From IMG/VR virus record IMGVR_UViG_3300044770_000059, positions 19,323 to 83,322 of that record: 64,000 bases of DNA; one strand, written 5' to 3'. A model generated the notes under the pieces. The model had not been told where the DNA came from and ran no database searches. It worked only from the letters and a program-made list of their open reading frames with translations. A program made the translations under genes and the position numbers. Source of the stretch: a virus. Positions 17,757 to 27,850 of the stretch are shown here, one piece after another. Each line of letters starts with the position of its first letter. Position 1 is the first letter of the stretch.

Positions 17757-19891
17757 CAGAAGAACCTCGGATCGGTCCAGGGGCCGCGCGCGATCGGCGC
17801 GGGATCGAAGCCCCGGTCGTTCATCACCTGTTGAAGCTCAACCCGGGTCTCCTGCACGTCAGGCGTGTCGAGCAGCGCCCCACCGATCGTCATGCTGAAG
17901 TCTGGGTCGTCGCCGCCTTTGATGCTCCAGTTGCGCATCGCCACCCAGATCCGCGTCGAGAGGCCGGTCGAGCCCTCATAGATCAATACATGGTCGTCCA
18001 ACTGGAGGTAGGGCCAGAAGGGCATCTCGACCTGGGCCTGGGCACCGCTCAGCGCATAACGCAGCGCGATCATCAGGCAAGCCACCTTGCACTGGAAAAC
18101 GCTGGTCAACTGCGGCTCGTGCTTCAAGACCGGCTTGCGCAGGTGGGCGGAGACTCCACCGCGAGCCCAGACAGGCCGGTAGCTGTACTGGTAGCGGAGG
18201 CTGCGGTCCTCCCCCAGGGCGTGGATGAACTCTCTATTCACGTTGGCCAGCTTTTTCCGAACAACCTTGCCCCGGGCTCGAATTGAGTCGGGCATGTCGG
18301 TCTGGCTGAATTTCGCGTCGATCCCCGTCAACAGTGTGGTGTCCTTGACCGACTCGACTGCGACCTGCCAGGGGTTGATCTGGATTGGCTGCTCCTTGGC
18401 GGCACTCGACTGCCGGAAGACCGGGATGCCCATTCTGCGATTGGTCTCGTTCTCCGGCGAGAGATCGTCTAGGTCGAACTCCGCCGGTGGCTTGATGAAG
18501 AAAACGTAGTTGGTCAGCTCCGCGATCCGCTTCGGAATGTCGATGAGGAAGGATTGCCGATCGAAAACAGCCTTGTCGGAGAGCCGGACCCCCGTGCTCT
18601 CGACTTCCCACTGCTCGAAGCCCGCCCACTGGAGGACGATTTTCACAATGTCGGCCACATCATTTACGAGAATCCAGTGCTTCTGTCTCGCCTCTCTGGA
18701 GAGGTTGCGGCGGAAGACCTTCAGCTCGCGGACGCCGGCCCGGTAGTCGCGGCCTTTGGTGTTCGCGGCGTTGAAGAGCCGACGGAACCAGATCCTCACT
18801 CGGGAGTTGTCGCCGATGAGGAACCCACCGCCACCGTTCTTCACCCCATACCGAGTGGCTTTGTTCTTCACGGTCCCGACATGGTTCGTCAGAGGAATAC
18901 TCGTTCCCGGGATATGACCGATACCTGGGTTGATCCAACCCGCTCCGTATCTCGTTCCGTCGGTTCCACGTGCAACCCCTCTGCCGGGAATGTTGTCATT
19001 GGTCGCGAAGACCGACACGAACATCTCCATGTTCGGGTAGGCGGTGTAGATCTCGAAGTCTTCATAGCGACCGGCTGGCAGGATGATCTCAACCCACTCC
19101 AACTCCTGCGGGTCGTTGTGTGCGGCCGAGATCCAGGCGGTGTCGTCGTCATCATCAATCGCAAAGCGGGCAGGGTGGTTGTCGCTACGACTCTTCGCTT
19201 CGGCGTGGGTGGCCACGTCCTCCTGGTTGTCGGCCTTCAGGCGATCGCAGAAGGTAATCGGGTCGCGGACCCACAGGTGCTTGGCGTCCATGAAGACGTG
19301 CTGGTCTGTGAGGAAGACGCCCATTGACCGGCAGGTGAGCTTGATGATGTCCGGCGCAGAGGTCAGGTCGGCGTCATCCAACAACCCCATGTGGATCGGG
19401 ATCGTTGCCTCTCCGAATCCGGCCAGAACCACGATCTGGGTGCCCTTTTCCTTGAAGCGCTCGAACCACTCATTCGCCTCGTCGGCAATCTGGCCCCGCA
19501 CTCCCTGCCCCCCGCGCAGCGGCGCGAGATACCCACGCTTAACGGTGTGGAAGAGGCCGGCCAATCCGGTCTCCTCGGCGAGCACCACGTTGTCGGCGGT
19601 GATGGTGATGTTCTCCACACCGTTCTGGTCGAAGTCCCCGTCGCCGCTGATCTCCAGGACGTTGGGAATCTCCAGCCAGTCGTCGTCGGCGACCCAGCGT
19701 GCATACCAGACGGCGTTGGGTCCTTTCAGCCCGGGGATGAAGCCATAGACCTCGCTGTCGGGGAGGATCTCGTATTGGCGCTCCAGATGTCCACGGCGAG
19801 CCAGAACCCGAAATGCCGGCTTGTTCGAGCCGACGTACTTCCCGGTGAGCCAACGGTTACGCTGGGTCGTGTAGACGGTCTCCGCACTCAT
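17756..19891 (-). CDS. Baseplate hub/Tal-like protein with inserted discoidin (F5/8C)-like domain
   Basis: Second gene after the tape measure; HPARFAIDDDDDTAWIS...EWVEIIL. Confidence 0.6.
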   Translation of the reverse strand: MSAETVYTTQRNRWLTGKYVGSNKPAFRVLARRGHLERQYEILPDSEVYGFIPGLKGPNAVWYARWVADDDWLEIPNVLEISGDGDFDQNGVENITITADNVVLAEETGLAGLFHTVKRGYLAPLRGGQGVRGQIADEANEWFERFKEKGTQIVVLAGFGEATIPIHMGLLDDADLTSAPDIIKLTCRSMGVFLTDQHVFMDAKHLWVRDPITFCDRLKADNQEDVATHAEAKSRSDNHPARFAIDDDDDTAWISAAHNDPQELEWVEIILPAGRYEDFEIYTAYPNMEMFVSVFATNDNIPGRGVARGTDGTRYGAGWINPGIGHIPGTSIPLTNHVGTVKNKATRYGVKNGGGGFLIGDNSRVRIWFRRLFNAANTKGRDYRAGVRELKVFRRNLSREARQKHWILVNDVADIVKIVLQWAGFEQWEVESTGVRLSDKAVFDRQSFLIDIPKRIAELTNYVFFIKPPAEFDLDDLSPENETNRRMGIPVFRQSSAAKEQPIQINPWQVAVESVKDTTLLTGIDAKFSQTDMPDSIRARGKVVRKKLANVNREFIHALGEDRSLRYQYSYRPVWARGGVSAHLRKPVLKHEPQLTSVFQCKVACLMIALRYALSGAQAQVEMPFWPYLQLDDHVLIYEGSTGLSTRIWVAMRNWSIKGGDDPDFSMTIGGALLDTPDVQETRVELQQVMNDRGFDPAPIARGPWTDPRFF

Positions 19892-20331
19892 GGACTCACA
19901 CCCGACGTGGCTAGGGGGCCTGAGATGATGCGGATGACTTCCATCTCTATCTCATATGTCCAGTAGTGGTTGGGAGCGTTGGTTGGATCTTTCGGGTTGC
20001 GGAGCACACGTTTGCGCGTCGGCTCAAAGCTCGTGAAGATGACCTCATACTCGTCACCGGCGAAGTCGCGGAAATAAATAGTCTGGCTCTTACTGAGCTG
20101 CCACCATCTCCAGATCTCGATCAACATTGCTTCGGTCAGGATCGAGCCTCGCACCTTCCAGATCAACGGTTCATCGTCACCTTGCTGCTTGACGAGCCCG
20201 GTCTGGCCGGTGTTCGCACCATGCGTAATGTTGCGGCGCTTGCCGAACCCCTCCTCCTCACTGTAATTGAGTGGCCAGTCATATGAGGCTGCTGTTCTAG
20301 GGTCTGTGAATCGGTTCGCTATCCGTGTCAT
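19888..20331 (-). CDS. Distal tail (Dit-like) protein
   Basis: Directly after the tape measure; IYFRDFAGDEYEVIFTSF...WTYEIEMEV. Confidence 0.55.
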   Translation of the reverse strand: MTRIANRFTDPRTAASYDWPLNYSEEEGFGKRRNITHGANTGQTGLVKQQGDDEPLIWKVRGSILTEAMLIEIWRWWQLSKSQTIYFRDFAGDEYEVIFTSFEPTRKRVLRNPKDPTNAPNHYWTYEIEMEVIRIISGPLATSGVSP

Positions 20332-23300
20332 GCGGCCACCATCCCTGCTGAGCGCCGCGCCGATCTGTTACGGCCACCGACTGCTTTGAGCACAGCACCG
20401 GCTACCGCCTGTGGGTTCGCCCCGTAGATGTACATGTTCACGTTGTTCTGCGAGTAGGCGACCGGGTTGCCGCCGCCGCCTCCAGCGATCGCACGCTTGA
20501 TGTCGTAGATCGTCGGCAGGTTGATGTCGCCGACAGCCAAATCGAAGTCACCTTCCTGGTCGGCTTCGTTCTTCAACTGGTAGATCTTGCGGCGAAGATC
20601 TCGGCGAGTGTCGAGGCTGAGTCTCTGCGTCTTCAACAGCCGCTGGTAGGCCGAGATCTCCTGATCGGTCGTCAGTTTGCCGATGTCGGCCTCGAACTGA
20701 ATGCTCTCGATCCGTCTTTGCGCGATGGTGTCTCGGAGATCGCCACGCCGTCGGATAACGTCGGCTCGTCCAGTGCGCCGCTCGGCTACCGTGTCGGCTT
20801 TGCGCAGTTCAAGCTGGGCCTGGCGCAACTCAGCGCGAGCCACGCCCACGTCGTTACCTCGGAACTCAGCCCGAGCCGCAACCACATCGAGCGTTGCCTG
20901 CTTGGCCTCGATCGCCTGGTCTCGAACATCCTCCGCGAGCTGCTGCTGCGCGTCAACGATCTGGGCCTGGAGGTCGGTGATCTGGGTGGGCTCGAAGCGG
21001 TTGGCGTGAGCCTGCATGTAGGCGAGGAGGGCTTGGTCGCGCTGGACCTCCGCCCGCGCCTGGCCAACCTCATCACTCGGGCCATAACGCCGTGCGATGC
21101 CCAGGTTCAGTCTGGACTCCAGCCGGCTGTACTGCGCGGCCGCGAGTTCGCCGAATGCCTGCTGGCGCTCGGTCAGGAGGTTGAGGACCTCTTCGCTGTT
21201 GTGACCGTAGATCTCGATCGCGCGCGCGAGAAGACGGTTGACACCCTGAATCGCGAGTCTGGCCTGTGCCGCCGGATCTGCCGTCCGAGCGGAGCGGAAG
21301 TCCTGTTGCGCGTTGGTCAATGAGGAGATCTCCTCAAACTGCTGCTCATCTAGTTTTTGGAGAGCGAGTCTGAGTCTTCTGAGGTTCTCGACCTTTTCTT
21401 TCGTAAGCTGACCCAACACACCCCGGCTTGACTGGATCTTCTCCATCAACCCACCAATAGCATCCCGCGCTCTGCCGGTGGTGTAGTGCGCCCCAACGTT
21501 GCCGAGGAGCTTGCCAACGTCGATGTCAACACCACCGATCTCGATCGAGCCAACGCCCTCCGTGACCCCATGAATTCTTCTCTCGATGTCGCCAATCCCC
21601 TCGCGGGACTGTCTGAGAACCTCGCGAAGCTGGCGAACACGCGCCCGCTGATCCTGAATCTCTTTGTTGACCTGCTTCGTGTACGCCTGTCGATATTGCC
21701 CTCGCGCCTGCCGATAGAACCGTGCGCGCTGTGAGGGGGAGCGGGAGAGAGCCAGATTCTGTTCCAGCTCGTCGCTGATGAGACTTTCGATCCCATCGAA
21801 GTATTGGTCGCGTGCCTCCTGAAGGGCTTTGATGTCCTCTTTGGAGCCGCCTTGCCCGAAGCGCACACGTGCGGCCGAGTAGGCGATTGCCGCCCTGGCG
21901 ATGTCTTTGCCGTTGATCCCAAGCGAAAGAGAGGAGAGCTGGGACTCGATCAACCCTGTGACCTGGGTTGGATCACGAACCTGGAGCAGGCTGCGGAAGA
22001 GATCTCTGTCAGGGGCGCTAGCCAGTCGGGCATCGCGGATCTGCTGCTTAATTTTCTCGACCGCGCGACGCTGCTTATCTCCGGTTCCTTTACCGAGGAA
22101 TTTTGCTTCAGCGGAGAGGACCAACTGCTCATCCAGGCGAGCCAACTGTTTTTGCAGCTCTGCCCGAGTTCTTGACTTGTCCTCGGCCCTCTCTACACCA
22201 CCTTGAATGTCAGCGGCATAGCGATACGGAATCGCCCGTCCTTCGCGTCGGGCATCTTCCTGCGCACGTCGCATGCCCCGGAGTTTCCCCGCTGTGATCG
22301 CGGCTTCTTCCCGACGCGCGTCGCCAGTGCCCTGCTCAGAACCAAGCCCAAACAAACTCTCCAATGGTCCGTGGAACTTCCCCGACCCAGTTATGAAATC
22401 GGTGAACCCCTCGGTGAAGCTATCCCCGCCGGTGGCTTCTGCGTCAAGCTGGCGCAGCTTCTCAGCTACCTGCTTCTGGCTTGAGAGGCCAGCGTGGATT
22501 CTCTCGCTACGCTTGCCAATTTCTTCGGCCATCCCCTGGAGAACATCAAGGGCAGTGAAGAAGGCAAATGCACCGAAGGCGATCGTCCCCAGGCGGCCAA
22601 CCAACGAAGACGCGGCACCGCCGAGAGAAGAACCAACACTGCGCATCCTTCCGGTGATATTTCTGAAGCGCCCAGTGAAACGATTCGTCGCCACCCGGGC
22701 TCGAAGAGTTTGCTTCTCAGCCCCGCTGAGGTCGATCGCTGAGGCTGGGATACCCGGGGCCGGGATAGCACTGCCGTAGCGTGTCGCGCCCGGGAGCGTC
22801 TGCTGGGCGGGCACCCCCGGTGGGACCGTGGTGGGGCGCTCCCAGGTGAGGGGCGTCGCCATCCCCGTTCGTTCTAGATAACGATTCGCGGCTGCCACAT
22901 CGGTTCGACCGAAGCGCCCGCGAATCGCCTTTTGGGCGGCTGCATTTGCTTTGAGCTGATCCCGCGATGCCTCGGTATCAAGAGAAGCAAGCTCTGCACG
23001 CTGGCGTTGGACAAGGAGGGAATCGCCCGAAGCCTTCATTTGGTCGCGGGTGACTGCTGCCTCCGCTGTCGCGCCTGCCTTTTCCTGCTGGATGGCTCTT
23101 GCCTCCAGGGCAGCCATCCGATTGGCAGCCAGGTCAGACGAATAGGAAGCACCTGCCGCCTCCGACGTTGACCGCATGAATCTCTCTTCAAGGAACAGGC
23201 GTTGGCGTTCCAACCCGCCCTTGACGGAAGCGGCCGAGGCCCGGCCTCCCTGCGGCTGGAGGAACCCGGCCACGGCACCGCGTGTGGCACCGGGCTGACC

Positions 23301-24878
23301 AGTTGGACCGCCGGCAACAAACTCGCCGAACTGCAAGCGCCGCATCAGAGCAAGCACAAGTCGAAGCTGAACCGCGTAGGAGAGTGTCCGTCGGACAGGC
23401 TCGGAAAGACCGTTGAACACTTCCAACAGATTGTTAGTCAGGCTGAGCATCCCCTTCAAGAGGCCCGCGCCAGCCTTCAGTGAATCTAGAAATCCACCTT
23501 GCTCAAGATTGGAGCCCATGATGCCGAGCTGGGTGACGATGGATTTGATCTGCTCCGCCGTCGCGCTGAGGATCGAGTTCAGCTCCTTCTGGGCGGAACC
23601 GCGAGATGCCTCGGGGCTGGTTTTGGCCAGCACTTTTTTGTAGAGGTCATACTGCTGAAGAATCGGAGTGAACACACGAGGGCCGTACTGTTTGCCGGCG
23701 AGAGCAGAACCGAGCTGCTGGACCTTCTCTCCCGACAGGCCCTGGGCAACCTCGAATGCCTTGTTGATGATGTCTCTGAGCGGTGCGGTTGGATCAATCC
23801 CCAGCGACTCCAAGAAGGCTTTGTTGTCCGGCTGGCGGAGCTGACCCGGGATTCGCTGGATCGCTGTGCCGATGACGTTGCCACTCTGGCCGGTGGCTTT
23901 GGAACCCGTGGTGATAAGTGCCAGAATCGTGTCGAAGTCGGCCCCGGCCGCGCGAGCGATGCCGGCCGCACGAGCGATGCCGGCGAAGGTGCCTGGTATG
24001 TCAGCGCCAAATCTGTTCTGGGCCTGGTTGATCTGGTCGAAGACCGTCGCCATCTCATCTGCGGGGATCTTGAAGCCCTGGATGATCGAGATCAGGTAGC
24101 GGGACGATGTGGCAACGTCCAACTGGCCGGTCCTGACGGAGTAAAGGACAGCGCGCGTGGCCAACATTGCGTCGTCCTGGTTATGGAAAACTTTCCCCAT
24201 CTCGGTGCCGGCCTCCGACACGTCAGAAATCGGCACGTTGAAGTCTTCTGCGAGCTGGCGGAAGCTGGCCTTGGCTTTATCGGTGTCGAGGTCGTTGACC
24301 GTCCGCTGCATCTGGCTGACGCCACGGTCAGCCTCAATCGCGCCCTGGCCGACGGCATAGAGAGAGCCGATCGCTCCATAGACTGCCGCGCCGGCACCGA
24401 TCCACCCACCGAACTTTCCAATCGTGTCGCGGACCTGGAGACCCAACTCCCGAATCGTTACCCGACCACGAGCCGCCTCGTTGATGAACTCCGTCGTGAG
24501 AGCGCCATAGCGACGCAGGGCATTGGAGGCGAGAGCCTCCTGCTGAACCAGATACTGGGTCTGGCTACTGAGCCCCCGGGTGGCACCCTCAGCTTTGGAG
24601 AGGCGTTGCGTGTAGCGGGGGTCATCCGGCCCGCCTCCACCCGCGCCATAGCCTCCACCGCCGACCGGAGGACGTGTAGGAGGCAGCTCACCGCCGCCAC
24701 CGACCCCGCCGGTCGGACCAAGGAGGGGTGTCCGCCTGACCCGACGGGAGGCTCTCTCCAGCCGACGGTCCAGCTCGCCCGCGTTGGCAATCGAATTCCT
24801 CAGCCGTGGGCCAAGACGATTCAGCTCTTTGTTTAGAGCATCGAGATCGCCGTAGAGCCTGTCGCCGCCGTCAGCCAA
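20328..24878 (-). CDS. Tape measure protein
   Basis: 1516 aa, helical A/Q/R-rich; TP901-type N-terminal core (ATGQSGNVIGTAIQ); follows the chaperone. Confidence 0.92.
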   Translation of the reverse strand: MADGGDRLYGDLDALNKELNRLGPRLRNSIANAGELDRRLERASRRVRRTPLLGPTGGVGGGGELPPTRPPVGGGGYGAGGGGPDDPRYTQRLSKAEGATRGLSSQTQYLVQQEALASNALRRYGALTTEFINEAARGRVTIRELGLQVRDTIGKFGGWIGAGAAVYGAIGSLYAVGQGAIEADRGVSQMQRTVNDLDTDKAKASFRQLAEDFNVPISDVSEAGTEMGKVFHNQDDAMLATRAVLYSVRTGQLDVATSSRYLISIIQGFKIPADEMATVFDQINQAQNRFGADIPGTFAGIARAAGIARAAGADFDTILALITTGSKATGQSGNVIGTAIQRIPGQLRQPDNKAFLESLGIDPTAPLRDIINKAFEVAQGLSGEKVQQLGSALAGKQYGPRVFTPILQQYDLYKKVLAKTSPEASRGSAQKELNSILSATAEQIKSIVTQLGIMGSNLEQGGFLDSLKAGAGLLKGMLSLTNNLLEVFNGLSEPVRRTLSYAVQLRLVLALMRRLQFGEFVAGGPTGQPGATRGAVAGFLQPQGGRASAASVKGGLERQRLFLEERFMRSTSEAAGASYSSDLAANRMAALEARAIQQEKAGATAEAAVTRDQMKASGDSLLVQRQRAELASLDTEASRDQLKANAAAQKAIRGRFGRTDVAAANRYLERTGMATPLTWERPTTVPPGVPAQQTLPGATRYGSAIPAPGIPASAIDLSGAEKQTLRARVATNRFTGRFRNITGRMRSVGSSLGGAASSLVGRLGTIAFGAFAFFTALDVLQGMAEEIGKRSERIHAGLSSQKQVAEKLRQLDAEATGGDSFTEGFTDFITGSGKFHGPLESLFGLGSEQGTGDARREEAAITAGKLRGMRRAQEDARREGRAIPYRYAADIQGGVERAEDKSRTRAELQKQLARLDEQLVLSAEAKFLGKGTGDKQRRAVEKIKQQIRDARLASAPDRDLFRSLLQVRDPTQVTGLIESQLSSLSLGINGKDIARAAIAYSAARVRFGQGGSKEDIKALQEARDQYFDGIESLISDELEQNLALSRSPSQRARFYRQARGQYRQAYTKQVNKEIQDQRARVRQLREVLRQSREGIGDIERRIHGVTEGVGSIEIGGVDIDVGKLLGNVGAHYTTGRARDAIGGLMEKIQSSRGVLGQLTKEKVENLRRLRLALQKLDEQQFEEISSLTNAQQDFRSARTADPAAQARLAIQGVNRLLARAIEIYGHNSEEVLNLLTERQQAFGELAAAQYSRLESRLNLGIARRYGPSDEVGQARAEVQRDQALLAYMQAHANRFEPTQITDLQAQIVDAQQQLAEDVRDQAIEAKQATLDVVAARAEFRGNDVGVARAELRQAQLELRKADTVAERRTGRADVIRRRGDLRDTIAQRRIESIQFEADIGKLTTDQEISAYQRLLKTQRLSLDTRRDLRRKIYQLKNEADQEGDFDLAVGDINLPTIYDIKRAIAGGGGGNPVAYSQNNVNMYIYGANPQAVAGAVLKAVGGRNRSARRSAGMVAA

Positions 24879-25196
24879 TTAGGAGTCTCGCCGCGTCGTT
24901 GTCTACGGGGTCATCAATCGGCCCAGAAGCTCTGGGGTCCGTCATCTGTTGACGCCGTTTTCTCACGGCTCTGAAGTGCTCCTCCAGCGCGTCGCCGTCG
25001 TGCCAGATCCGCTTCTTCGGCTGCTCATCTTCCGGGAGATCCTGGAAGCCAATGAAGACCAGCCCCTGGCGAATCGCGTCGAACAGCCCGTGGGGAACGT
25101 CTTTGAGGGAGTACCCCTCCGGCAGGAGCTGGGAGATGTCTCCGAAGTCCCGAGCGATGCGCACCGTGTCAAGCCATGCGTCATCACTCAGGAGCC
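24871..25196 (-). CDS. C-terminal extension of the tail assembly chaperone (-1 frameshift product)
   Basis: Open -1 frame RLLSDDAWLDTVRI...AARLLIG begins at the slippery site and has no start codon of its own. Confidence 0.8.
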
Positions 25197-26075
25197 TTTT
25201 CCCGAGGCGAGTGTCGCTTCCAGGTTGCCGAAGGTGTTGTCGAGGGCGTTCAGTACCTCGTCGGCCGCCGACTCCATGTGCTCGATCGAGCTGAAGGAGC
25301 GCTCGCTCGGGAAGCCGGGCTTGTCCGGGTCCTTCGGCTTCATCGTCCCGAAGAACCATTCCCAGCGGCTGAAGGCATCCATGAAGGCCCGTGCGCCGTC
25401 TTTCTCAATCCGGTCCTGGCGGGCCATGTCGATCAGAGCCTCCATGTCATTCTGCTGGAGGCCCTCCCGCATCGGAGCTTCGATCTCATCCCTTCTCTGC
25501 TTGATGAGAGCGTCGAACTCCGCCACATGCTTGGCCAGCTCGTTGTACTCGTCGGCCGGCCGGGACTCCTCCGGCATCTCTTCGAGCGCGCGGAGCCGTT
25601 CACGGTCCTCATCGGCCGTCTTGAACTCCTCTTCGTCTTTGAGTTCGTTGACGACGGCCATGAAATTTCTGAAGGTGTCCTTCTGGATTACCTCCTCGAT
25701 CAGGGTTTCCCGGTCGCCGGTCGCCCGCAGCTCATCCAGGGCGAACTCGACAATCGTGTAGGCGTCGGACTCGGGGTCCTTCAGCACGCGGATGCGCCGG
25801 GCCTTGGCCGCCAGAGCCTTCTCCCGGATCGAGTCGTGCTGGAACTGGTTGGGAAGCCGGCACCAGGCGTGGAAGTGCTGAGGGTCTTGGCATTTCCCGT
25901 CCTCACGGTGCTCGCACTCCTCCGCGCCGACGCCGACGTGCAGGTAGGTGGAGAGGCGGAAGATTCTGTCCGGGGTGCGCTGCTCCCCTGGGCTGTGCTC
26001 TGCGGCCGCTACCTCTTGCGGGGCGGGGGGCTCCTGAACGAGAGCCGGCTGATCGGGTGTGGTTGCTGCTTCCAT
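25188..26075 (-). CDS. Tail assembly chaperone
   Basis: Between tail tube and tape measure, with slippery site. Confidence 0.8.
   Translation of the reverse strand: MEAATTPDQPALVQEPPAPQEVAAAEHSPGEQRTPDRIFRLSTYLHVGVGAEECEHREDGKCQDPQHFHAWCRLPNQFQHDSIREKALAAKARRIRVLKDPESDAYTIVEFALDELRATGDRETLIEEVIQKDTFRNFMAVVNELKDEEEFKTADEDRERLRALEEMPEESRPADEYNELAKHVAEFDALIKQRRDEIEAPMREGLQQNDMEALIDMARQDRIEKDGARAFMDAFSRWEWFFGTMKPKDPDKPGFPSERSFSSIEHMESAADEVLNALDNTFGNLEATLASGKGS
25197..25203 (-). promoter_or_regulatory. Programmed -1 frameshift heptamer G GGA AAA
   Basis: TCG GGA AAA GGC TCC TGA at the chaperone end; canonical XXXYYYZ as in actinophage chaperones. Confidence 0.85.
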
Positions 26076-26114
26076 GTTGCTCCTTTGCCGTGTGATTTGC
26101 CGTTGCCATTACGT

Positions 26115-26140
26115 AAAAACGACGGCCCGAAGACCGTCGC
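26115..26140 (-). terminator. Intrinsic terminator after the major tail gene
   Basis: GACGGTC-UUCG-GGCCGTC then GTTTTT; two further hairpins at about 26161-26206. Confidence 0.75.
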
Positions 26141-26214
26141 CTGATGAGCCGTAATACGCCTGCTCCTCTTCGGAGCGCCGAGTCCTAGTTCGCCACCGAA
26201 GCGGCTATGTCTTC

Positions 26215-27480
26215 CTACGCGGGCTCGCCCTTGAACTCGGAGAAAGTCCCGTCCCGTGACTCGAAGCCGATGGAGAAGTCGGTCGGGCTGTTAACCCGAG
26301 CCGGCGTCCCCGGCACCTGGAACATCGCGTCTTTCACGCGGAGGGTCTTCAGGATCTCGCCGGGGTTCTTCGGGTTCTCGATTTTGATGTCGAGGAGGCA
26401 GTCGTTCTGGTTGAAGAATCCGAAGACCTCATCCCGATCGACTCCAGTGATGTCTTCCAGCATTGCGAAGAAGGCGTCTTTGTCCTTGGCCCGGATGCTG
26501 ATCGTGCCGTTGCAGTCGGTTCCAGTCACCGACCGACCCACGATGTCCTCCGAGCCCAACTCACGCTCGACCTCGCCCTCGACGGTGGCCTCCAGCTCAG
26601 CCGTCTGGATGCCGCCCAGCCGTTTCGCGCCACCGCCATTGACGGGGGTGATCTCGACGCGGATGTTGCGACCGCGCACCGCACCCGGGACGGTAACCGT
26701 GGAGGCATGAACCGACTGCGGGTAGTCCTTTGCCGCGCTGGTGAAGTAGCAGACCTTGACGATCGCGCCGACTGCCGGCTCGTTGCCGACGGTGAAGGTG
26801 ACTCTGGCTCTCGCTCTGTCGCCGCCGGCGACGTTGTAGTCGATCTCCTCGGTCTGGAGCACGCCATCGACCAAGACGCCGAAGACATTGCGGAAGGTCG
26901 TGCCAGTAGAGCCGCCCCGGCGATATTTGATCGTGACATCCGTCGTTTCGTACTCGGCGTCGCCGGAGCCGGTGCCGACAAACTCCTCCTCCTCCGGCGC
27001 GTACTCGCCGTAGAAGTAGGAGCCACCCGCCAGCTCGACCGTCTGCTGGGCGTTGTTGGTGACTCCGAAGCGGTACTGAAGGCGGGTCGGGTAGTAGCCA
27101 GGGACCAGGTGGCCTGCCTCGACTACGCCGGCAGATCCCGTCACCGGGTCCTTCCAGGGTGAGGGAACGTTGACGAAACCGCAGTCGAGCCAGTTGTACT
27201 CGGTGCCGTCGGGATCGGCCGCGCCCGGGAATGAACCCGAAGCCTCGGCGGTCCCACCGGGCGCGCCGGTGAGCCAGGCCATCAGCTCCGTGGACACGTT
27301 GAGGCTCTCCAGGCTGAAAGTGAAATCGGGCTCGGTCGCGATCTTGTCCACGACCTCCCGGTTGCCGACCTCGCGGATGGTCTCGGTCGGGAGCCGCACG
27401 TCGCCGAGTCCGGCGCTCTGGATGCGGTCGATGACGTTCTGACCGGCCAGGTGAAGGATGGAACCAGCCTGGATGCTCAT
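26215..27480 (-). CDS. Major tail (tube) protein
   Basis: 421 aa upstream of the chaperone; VIDRIQSAG...EPDFTFSLES; terminator follows. Confidence 0.75.
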   Translation of the reverse strand: MSIQAGSILHLAGQNVIDRIQSAGLGDVRLPTETIREVGNREVVDKIATEPDFTFSLESLNVSTELMAWLTGAPGGTAEASGSFPGAADPDGTEYNWLDCGFVNVPSPWKDPVTGSAGVVEAGHLVPGYYPTRLQYRFGVTNNAQQTVELAGGSYFYGEYAPEEEEFVGTGSGDAEYETTDVTIKYRRGGSTGTTFRNVFGVLVDGVLQTEEIDYNVAGGDRARARVTFTVGNEPAVGAIVKVCYFTSAAKDYPQSVHASTVTVPGAVRGRNIRVEITPVNGGGAKRLGGIQTAELEATVEGEVERELGSEDIVGRSVTGTDCNGTISIRAKDKDAFFAMLEDITGVDRDEVFGFFNQNDCLLDIKIENPKNPGEILKTLRVKDAMFQVPGTPARVNSPTDFSIGFESRDGTFSEFKGEPA

Positions 27481-27767
27481 TTACCCCTCCTCGTTTCCGA
27501 GGCCGGGGGCACTACGCGCGGACGCCCGTTCGGGAACAGGCCATCCTCAATGCTCTGTGCGTGTGCGTTTAGCCTCTGTCCGGTTCGTTTCATGCCTAGT
27601 AACTCGCAGATCTCGTTCTCGAACCGATTGAGCTTTTTCCTGTAGATGGCCTTGAACTGCTCAGCCTTGGCCTTCGGGACATGGGGCTCGATTAGCTCCT
27701 CGAACGCCTCCATCGTCATGGCCATACAGATGCCCTTACGATTCTTGACGTAGCCGTACTCGTCCAT
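27477..27767 (-). CDS. Hypothetical protein
   Basis: ORF below the late motif at 27799; start may be TTG 27797. Confidence 0.5.
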   Translation of the reverse strand: MDEYGYVKNRKGICMAMTMEAFEELIEPHVPKAKAEQFKAIYRKKLNRFENEICELLGMKRTGQRLNAHAQSIEDGLFPNGRPRVVPPASETRRGK

Positions 27768-27850
27768 GCCGTGGGAACCACCGTTGCCGCCTACCAACCT
27801 AATATACGGGCGATCCCAACCAAGGCCGGTAATGGCTCTATGACGCGGTT

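Noticed and set aside
26136-26212. Hammerhead ribozyme from plus-strand CTGATGAG
   Set aside because: No properly placed GAAA or stems I/III; the minus strand explains the region as UUCG hairpins plus a terminator
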